Shown here piece by piece: positions 59,133 through 64,000 of a stretch of DNA of 64,000 nucleotides; position 1 is the stretch's first letter; every line of letters starts with the position of its first letter. Origin of the DNA: a plasmid; the sequence record NZ_CP096708.1. The stretch is one strand, 5' to 3'. The notes under the pieces are model-generated. The model was not told where the DNA came from. It did no database searches and saw nothing but the letters and a program-made list of their open reading frames with translations. The position numbers and the translations under genes were made by a program.

Positions 59133-60619
59133 CTAGTTTTACAGACTATACACAACCTTTTAATACGCAATATTCACTAAACTTTGATAAGAAAATTATT
59201 ATTGATTTTTTTGCAGGCGGTGGAGGGGCAAGTACTGGTTTAGAATCAGGATTAAATCGCATTGTATATGCTGCTGTTAACCATAACCCTAAATCTATAG
59301 CAATGCATGAAGCCAATCACCCCTATACAAAACATTATATTCAAGATGTTTTCGCTGTTGATCCTATTCAAATATGTAATGGATATTCAGTTGGATGGTT
59401 TCATGCTAGTCCAGACTGCACTCATCATAGCCAAGCAGCAGGTGGTCAACCTAGAAAAAAAGAAATACGTGACTTGAGTTGGGTTGTTTTAAAATTTGCG
59501 GGAAAGGTTAAACCCACTGTCATATCTTTAGAAAATGTTAAGCAGATTCTAGATTGGGGGCCACTAATAGCAAAGAGAGATAAATTAAGTGGCAGGGTAA
59601 TAACACTAGAAAAAATAGAAGTTAATGGAAAAATTATAAATAGAATTGCAGATCCTGGGGAAGTAGTCCCAAGACATAAGCAATTTTTAATTCCTGATCC
59701 AAAAAGAAAGGGTGAAACATGGCTTAGGTTTGTAAGTGAACTTAGGAAACTAGGTTATGTTGTGGATTGGAGAAAAGATATCGTTGCTGCTGACTATGGA
59801 GCTGGAACAATTAGAGAGCGATTATTTATGGTCGCTCGATGCGATAATAAACCTATTCTTTGGCCTGAACGATTATTTTCTAAATTACCTTCTTCTCAAC
59901 AAAACCGATGGATACCGACCGCAGTTTTTATTGATTGGGATGATTTAGGAAAGTCTATCTTTAATCGCTCAAGAGGGCCTTTAGCGGAAGCTACTCTAAA
60001 ACGTATAGCAAAGGGTTTAAAAAAATATGTTCTGGATGCTAAATATCCATACCTCATAAATCCAAAACACTATTCTGAAAAAATTGATGTTAATTCGACA
60101 CACGAATTTCTTAGCAAAGATTCATTCGAAGCTGATTTTTTTGCACCATACATTACCGAATTTGCAAATGCATCTCAGCAGCGTAATTGGTCAATAGATC
60201 AACCTTTATCTACAATATGTGCTCAAGTTAAAGGCGGTCACCACGGTTTAGTAACAGCAAAATTAAGTAAAAATAATTACGAAGGAGCGATGAGAGTTGC
60301 TGCATTCATAATTAATTACTATGGAAATGGGGATGCAAGAGATATACGTGCACCAATGGATACAATAACAACAAAAGATAGACTAGCACTGGTAACAGTT
60401 TGGATTCGCAATGAACCCTTTATGATTGTTGATATTTGCTTAAGGATGTTTAAACCTCGTGAACTTTTCCGTGCACAAGGGTTTCCAGATTCATACATTA
60501 TTAACCCCACATATGAAGGAAAGCCATTATCAATAAAGGATCAGGTACACATGGTGGGTAATTCAGTGTCTCCAATGCCAATGGCTGCAATAGCTAGAAT
60601 TAATAATCCATTTAATTAA
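59102..60619 (+). CDS. DNA (cytosine-5) methyltransferase, orphan
   Basis: Motif I FFAGGGG, a catalytic Cys in SPDCTHHSQ (a variant of the PCQ motif), and ENV motif VI. No restriction endonuclease gene is adjacent. Confidence 0.7.
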   Translation: MPSNSRRCNLTSFTDYTQPFNTQYSLNFDKKIIIDFFAGGGGASTGLESGLNRIVYAAVNHNPKSIAMHEANHPYTKHYIQDVFAVDPIQICNGYSVGWFHASPDCTHHSQAAGGQPRKKEIRDLSWVVLKFAGKVKPTVISLENVKQILDWGPLIAKRDKLSGRVITLEKIEVNGKIINRIADPGEVVPRHKQFLIPDPKRKGETWLRFVSELRKLGYVVDWRKDIVAADYGAGTIRERLFMVARCDNKPILWPERLFSKLPSSQQNRWIPTAVFIDWDDLGKSIFNRSRGPLAEATLKRIAKGLKKYVLDAKYPYLINPKHYSEKIDVNSTHEFLSKDSFEADFFAPYITEFANASQQRNWSIDQPLSTICAQVKGGHHGLVTAKLSKNNYEGAMRVAAFIINYYGNGDARDIRAPMDTITTKDRLALVTVWIRNEPFMIVDICLRMFKPRELFRAQGFPDSYIINPTYEGKPLSIKDQVHMVGNSVSPMPMAAIARINNPFN

Positions 60620-60633
60620 TTGAAATTTTATAG

Positions 60634-60657
60634 AGCCTAACGGCTTAAGGTGAAGAA
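60634..60657 (+). promoter_or_regulatory. Conserved leader-RBS module (hairpin 2 only)
   Basis: AGCC-TAAC-GGCT at 60634-60645. AAGGTG at 60647-60652. ATG at 60658. Confidence 0.6.
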
Positions 60658-61434
60658 ATGAAGAAATTTTATCAAATCAGTTTTAGTGGTGGACGTACTT
60701 CAGCATATTTAACCTATTACTTACTACGAAATTTTAGCCATCTTTATAACTTTATTGTGACTTTCGCAAACACAGGCATCGAGCATGAAAAAACTCTAGA
60801 ATTTGTGGACAATTGTGATAAATATTTTAACTTTAACACTGTTTGGTTAGAGCCAGTTATTAATCCACAAAAAAGAGTAGGCACAACACATAAAGTAGTA
60901 AGTTTTGAGACGGCAACGCGCAGTACAGACCTATTTGAGCAAATGATTGAAAAATACGGGATACCGAACAAAGTATATAAGCATTGCACACGTGAATTAA
61001 AAATACGTCCAATGGATTCATATATTCGAAGTCTTGGCTTAAAGCCGAAAGAAATACCAACTGCTATTGGCATACGTATTGATGAATCTCGGCGCTGTAC
61101 GAAGAAAGCAGAAGAGTATAATTTCAGATATCCATTGGTTACTGAACACCCAGTTGATAAGCAATTTATCTTAGATTGGTGGTCAAACCAAGAGTTTGAC
61201 TTAGATCTGGATGAGTGGGATGGTAATTGTAATATGTGTTTTGAAAAATCATTTCCTAAATTATTAAAGCAACTAGAAACAAATCCTAAAGCGCTAGATT
61301 TTCATCTGAGAATGGAAAGAATCCACGGCCAAACGAACAATCAACTCGGAATGCCAGATCGAGTTTTTTTCCGTCAAAATTACTCTGCTCTTGATATTTT
61401 AAAAATGAGTAGACAAGCTCTAGCAGCAGCTTAG
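60658..61434 (+). CDS. PAPS-reductase-family (PP-loop) protein
   Basis: PP-loop SFSGGRTS near the N-terminus. Positioned immediately after the C5 methyltransferase. Confidence 0.65.
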   Translation: MKKFYQISFSGGRTSAYLTYYLLRNFSHLYNFIVTFANTGIEHEKTLEFVDNCDKYFNFNTVWLEPVINPQKRVGTTHKVVSFETATRSTDLFEQMIEKYGIPNKVYKHCTRELKIRPMDSYIRSLGLKPKEIPTAIGIRIDESRRCTKKAEEYNFRYPLVTEHPVDKQFILDWWSNQEFDLDLDEWDGNCNMCFEKSFPKLLKQLETNPKALDFHLRMERIHGQTNNQLGMPDRVFFRQNYSALDILKMSRQALAAA

Positions 61435-61500
61435 CTACGTCCTTATTTCCCTTCAAATCCGAATGGTGAATATTCCCTATTCACTAAGTGTTTTAAATTA

Positions 61501-61700
61501 CAGCTGCCATAGATAGATGCATCTATGTAATCAGGAACTAGGGCTTTGTAAGAGTGGCCATCATAGATAAAAACGTCTATGGCCGTGGCAAACTTAGCTT
61601 CAGTATAGATAAATATGTCTATGCTCGATTTACCTGGAAACATAGTCAAGTCTATCTATGCGCTTATGCTTTCTAGTGCGGATCCGCAACCTGGAGTCGC
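61501..61700 (+). repeat. Repeat element B, copy 4
   Basis: Identical to 4063-4252. Confidence 0.8.
61687..61700. repeat. Palindrome family copy (end of repeat B copy 4)
   Basis: TGCGGATCCGCAAC. Confidence 0.9.
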
Positions 61701-61878
61701 AACTCTGCGAGATTGCTCTGTAAAGGCCGTGTAGTGCCAAATAAAGGCAGTTGCGTTGCTGCGGTCAGCTCGACTTAATCACAGATTAAGTCGGCTTCGC
61801 TTGCAACCTGCAACGGTAATCAAGGAGGGAAGATACTTGAATTTCATCAGTTCGCAACGTAGACACGTTGCTCTGTTT
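61701..61878 (+). repeat. Repeat element C, copy 4
   Basis: Identical to 4253-4439 apart from one substitution. Confidence 0.75.
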
Positions 61879-61881
61879 TTT
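61854..61881 (+). terminator. Intrinsic terminator at the 3' end of element C
   Basis: GCAACGT-AGAC-ACGTTGC followed by TCTGTTTTTT. Confidence 0.6.
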
Positions 61882-62464
61882 AATCATCGAGTTTAGATAA
61901 AGGTTGAAATGCCTTAAAAGAATATTTTTTAAATACAATATTTGTGTCCTGGTATCGGATCTTTCTCAGGTCATTAATTTTATCTACTATATTTGAATAT
62001 TTTTCATACAGTTCTTTAATATCATTAGAATTGGCTCTATCTGCAAACATATTTTCAGCTTGTTTCTCTAACTTACTAATAGTTTGGTCTAAGCGTTGAA
62101 CTACTTGAATTGCTTCAGGAGCAGCTATTTCAGTTTTATTCAGGGTGAGATCAGATAGGATCTTATTATAATAATTTGATTTTTGCCTATCTTCATATTT
62201 AATGATGTAATCTCTACGATCAAATATGTCACAAGTAGGGTTTAAACGTTTTATTGATCGTTTAGCCTTGACGACATCATCTGCATTCCAGTAGCCCATA
62301 TCCCCATCTTGGGCGACTATAAACATATCTTCATTTAGAAAAACCAATACAACAGTTTTTAAAGTTAAATTTTCTCTTTCATACCGTACAAAGTAGATTT
62401 TACTGGCATCTTTTATATGTGATGAGCTTTCTTTGCTCAGCCTGGTATGGCGATTATTGGTCAT
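61880..62464 (-). CDS. Hypothetical protein (194 aa)
   Basis: A clean minus-strand ORF. Confidence 0.4.
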   Translation of the reverse strand: MTNNRHTRLSKESSSHIKDASKIYFVRYERENLTLKTVVLVFLNEDMFIVAQDGDMGYWNADDVVKAKRSIKRLNPTCDIFDRRDYIIKYEDRQKSNYYNKILSDLTLNKTEIAAPEAIQVVQRLDQTISKLEKQAENMFADRANSNDIKELYEKYSNIVDKINDLRKIRYQDTNIVFKKYSFKAFQPLSKLDD

Positions 62465-62547
62465 AGATATCCCCTCAAGATCTTAAATAAATATACCACT
62501 AATTTAAATAAAATAACAATTAATTTGTTTTTTTTATGTGTTTTTGA

Positions 62548-62614
62548 GTTATAATTAAACAGTGAAATCGGATAGGCTGATTTCTATTAGAGCCGAAAGG
62601 CTTATGGTGATTAT
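62548..62614 (+). promoter_or_regulatory. Conserved promoter-leader-RBS module (full form)
   Basis: -10 box TTATAAT at 62549-62555. Hairpin 1 GAAATC-GGATAGGCT-GATTTC at 62564-62584. Hairpin 2 AGCC-GAAA-GGCT at 62591-62602. TATGGTG. ATG at 62615. Confidence 0.7.
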
Positions 62615-63103
62615 ATGTATAATGTATTGATTATAGAGCAATTAAAACTATGTAAAATGGATAAGCCATCTTTTTGTGCTTGCCAGGTTGGTGAGATCTA
62701 TATTTGTGATCCAGTGATTGAATTTAATAATGGTTTAGAAGTACTTAAAACAAACATGTATGACTGTAAAGATTTTGATATTTACAGCATTGGTACTAAG
62801 GATCAGTTTAAAAAATTTATTTTTACTTTAGAAAAATTAGCGCAGATTCTGCATGGTTGCCCATTGCTAGATGGACTTAAAGCAACAATGAATTTTCAGG
62901 GCGCTTTTATTGTAGATTGTTTCTCATTCTTTCAAGCTAATTTAGATATTTTATTCAAACCTAGAATTCTAAGTGAGTTCACATCTAGTGAAGATGAAAT
63001 ATTAAATTTCCAGTTAATATACTTCAAACTTCTAGAAGTATTTAGAAAAGCTGGAGCAAATGGATTTATTCAATTCAATACCTATAAAACATTAAATAAA
63101 TAA
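62615..63103 (+). CDS. Hypothetical protein (162 aa)
   Basis: The ORF sits behind a full leader module. Confidence 0.45.
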   Translation: MYNVLIIEQLKLCKMDKPSFCACQVGEIYICDPVIEFNNGLEVLKTNMYDCKDFDIYSIGTKDQFKKFIFTLEKLAQILHGCPLLDGLKATMNFQGAFIVDCFSFFQANLDILFKPRILSEFTSSEDEILNFQLIYFKLLEVFRKAGANGFIQFNTYKTLNK

Positions 63104-63112
63104 TCTAAATAG

Positions 63113-63136
63113 AGCTGAAAAGCTTAAGGTGGAAAA
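63113..63136 (+). promoter_or_regulatory. Conserved leader-RBS module (hairpin 2 only)
   Basis: AGCT-GAAA-AGCT at 63113-63124. AAGGTG at 63126-63131. ATG at 63137. Confidence 0.6.
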
Positions 63137-63913
63137 ATGAAAAAATCAGATAAGTCATTATCTTATGATGAGTTGAAAAGTGAATTTATTTCAAAATTGA
63201 AAACAATAGATCAATCAAAACGACTATATGAAGTATTTCAAGATTTTGTATTTTTTTCTGCTGCATCATTGAGAAATTCTGTAGGCCAAATAGATAGCTC
63301 ATTTATGGATTTAGATCTTGAAAATGAGTATCTGAAAAGAATGCACGGATATGAAGATCTTAAAAGCAGACAGGCCTTTTGTGAGCTATTAGGAATGTTG
63401 GTAATGATGCATACAGTAAAACAAGTTCCATTTGATGTGCTAGGGCAAGTTTATATGGAACTTGAGATAGCAAACCAACATTTAGGTCAGTATTATACGC
63501 CTAGTGCAATTTCTGATGTGATGGCAAATATGACTTTACAGGGCTTTCAAGCCACTGTAAGAGACCAGGGTTTTATAACACTTTCAGACCCTGCATGTGG
63601 ATCAGGAGCAACACTCTTAAGTTGTGTGAAGTTATTTGTCGAAAATAATTATAGAGTTGAAAACACCTTGTATATTGAAGCTACAGACATTGACCGTCAT
63701 GCTGCTTTGATGTGTTATGTTCAACTTAGCTTATGGGGAGTTCCCTGTAAAATTCATGTAGGGAATAGCTTAACAATGGAAATGCGTGAATCATGGTGTA
63801 GTTTTATGTATTTCATGAAAGGTTGGAAAATGAAATTAAATAGATTTATGCTTCAGCAACAAAGTAAGTCTGGTGAAAGTTATGTACCAAATTTTATATT
63901 AGTTGAAAGTTGA
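63137..63913 (+). CDS. N6-adenine methyltransferase-like protein lacking the catalytic NPPY/F motif
   Basis: GQYYTP (motif X) and LSDPACGSGATLL (motif I) are present. The ORF stops after IHVGNSL... with no (D/N)PP(Y/F). Confidence 0.5.
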   Translation: MKKSDKSLSYDELKSEFISKLKTIDQSKRLYEVFQDFVFFSAASLRNSVGQIDSSFMDLDLENEYLKRMHGYEDLKSRQAFCELLGMLVMMHTVKQVPFDVLGQVYMELEIANQHLGQYYTPSAISDVMANMTLQGFQATVRDQGFITLSDPACGSGATLLSCVKLFVENNYRVENTLYIEATDIDRHAALMCYVQLSLWGVPCKIHVGNSLTMEMRESWCSFMYFMKGWKMKLNRFMLQQQSKSGESYVPNFILVES

Positions 63914-63932
63914 TTCTTACCAATAGTGGAAA

Positions 63933-63958
63933 AAGTTGTTGCGGATCCGCAACAACTT
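63933..63958. repeat. Palindrome family copy (26-bp perfect palindrome AAGTTGTTGCGGATCCGCAACAACTT)
   Basis: Intergenic, 20 bp after the methyltransferase-like ORF. Confidence 0.9.
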
Positions 63959-64000
63959 AAAATAGTGGCAAATTTAAGTAAATTAGTTGTTAAAGTAATT

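Overview
This 64-kb window reads as part of a large conjugative Acinetobacter resistance plasmid. Four blocks are recognisable. (1) Positions 1-2860 hold one end of a Tn2006-type carbapenemase module: an AAA ATPase gene, blaOXA-23 on the minus strand, and a divergently oriented ISAba1 whose terminal inverted repeat lies 34 bp upstream of the blaOXA-23 ATG. (2) Positions 9.2-15.6 kb hold the transfer/replication (Dtr) module: a candidate oriT with an R388-like relaxase-binding hairpin, a ribbon-helix-helix (RHH) accessory protein, a TraD-like coupling protein and a TraI/TrwC-type (MOBF) relaxase-helicase. (3) Positions 24.4-44.6 kb hold a complete F-type T4SS mating-pair-formation operon in this order: lytic transglycosylase, pilin, traL, traE, traK, traB, dsbC, traV, traC, trbI-like, signal peptidase, traW, traU, trbC, traN, traF, traH, traG, SLT. 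(4) Positions 44.7-53.4 kb hold the replication/maintenance region: an Abi-like protein, umuC and a Rep with a Replicase/PriCT-like fold, recalled as RepAci6-like. From the oriT orientation the transferred strand is inferred to be the minus strand, which makes the low-coordinate side (about 9.2 to 2.9 kb) the leading region; the 53.5-64 kb block has the same character. In both blocks nearly every gene is on the plus strand and encodes a small unknown protein or a candidate establishment/anti-defence function: J-domain protein, H-NS-like protein, secreted SNase, orphan C5 methyltransferase with a PAPS-reductase-like partner, and a truncated N6-methyltransferase-like protein. Between traI and the MPF operon (17.3-24.1 kb) sits a minus-strand accessory island with a Dam-like methyltransferase, a PD-(D/E)xK nuclease-like protein and two paralogous membrane-protein-led modules, followed by a serine resolvase. 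The most unusual content is non-coding and falls into three families. First, 16 copies of a perfect 14-16 bp palindrome GTTGCGGATCCGCAAC with a central GATC are scattered through intergenic and coding DNA. Second, 17 copies of a conserved promoter-leader-RBS module carry two hairpins with compensatory base changes and sit immediately upstream of plus-strand ORFs. Third, three composite repeat elements recur: A, a structured element of about 190 bp; B, a block of four 18-bp operator-like inverted repeats; and C, an unit of about 185 bp ending in an intrinsic terminator. Family names, transposon names and plasmid-type attributions come from memory of the literature and could not be checked against databases here.
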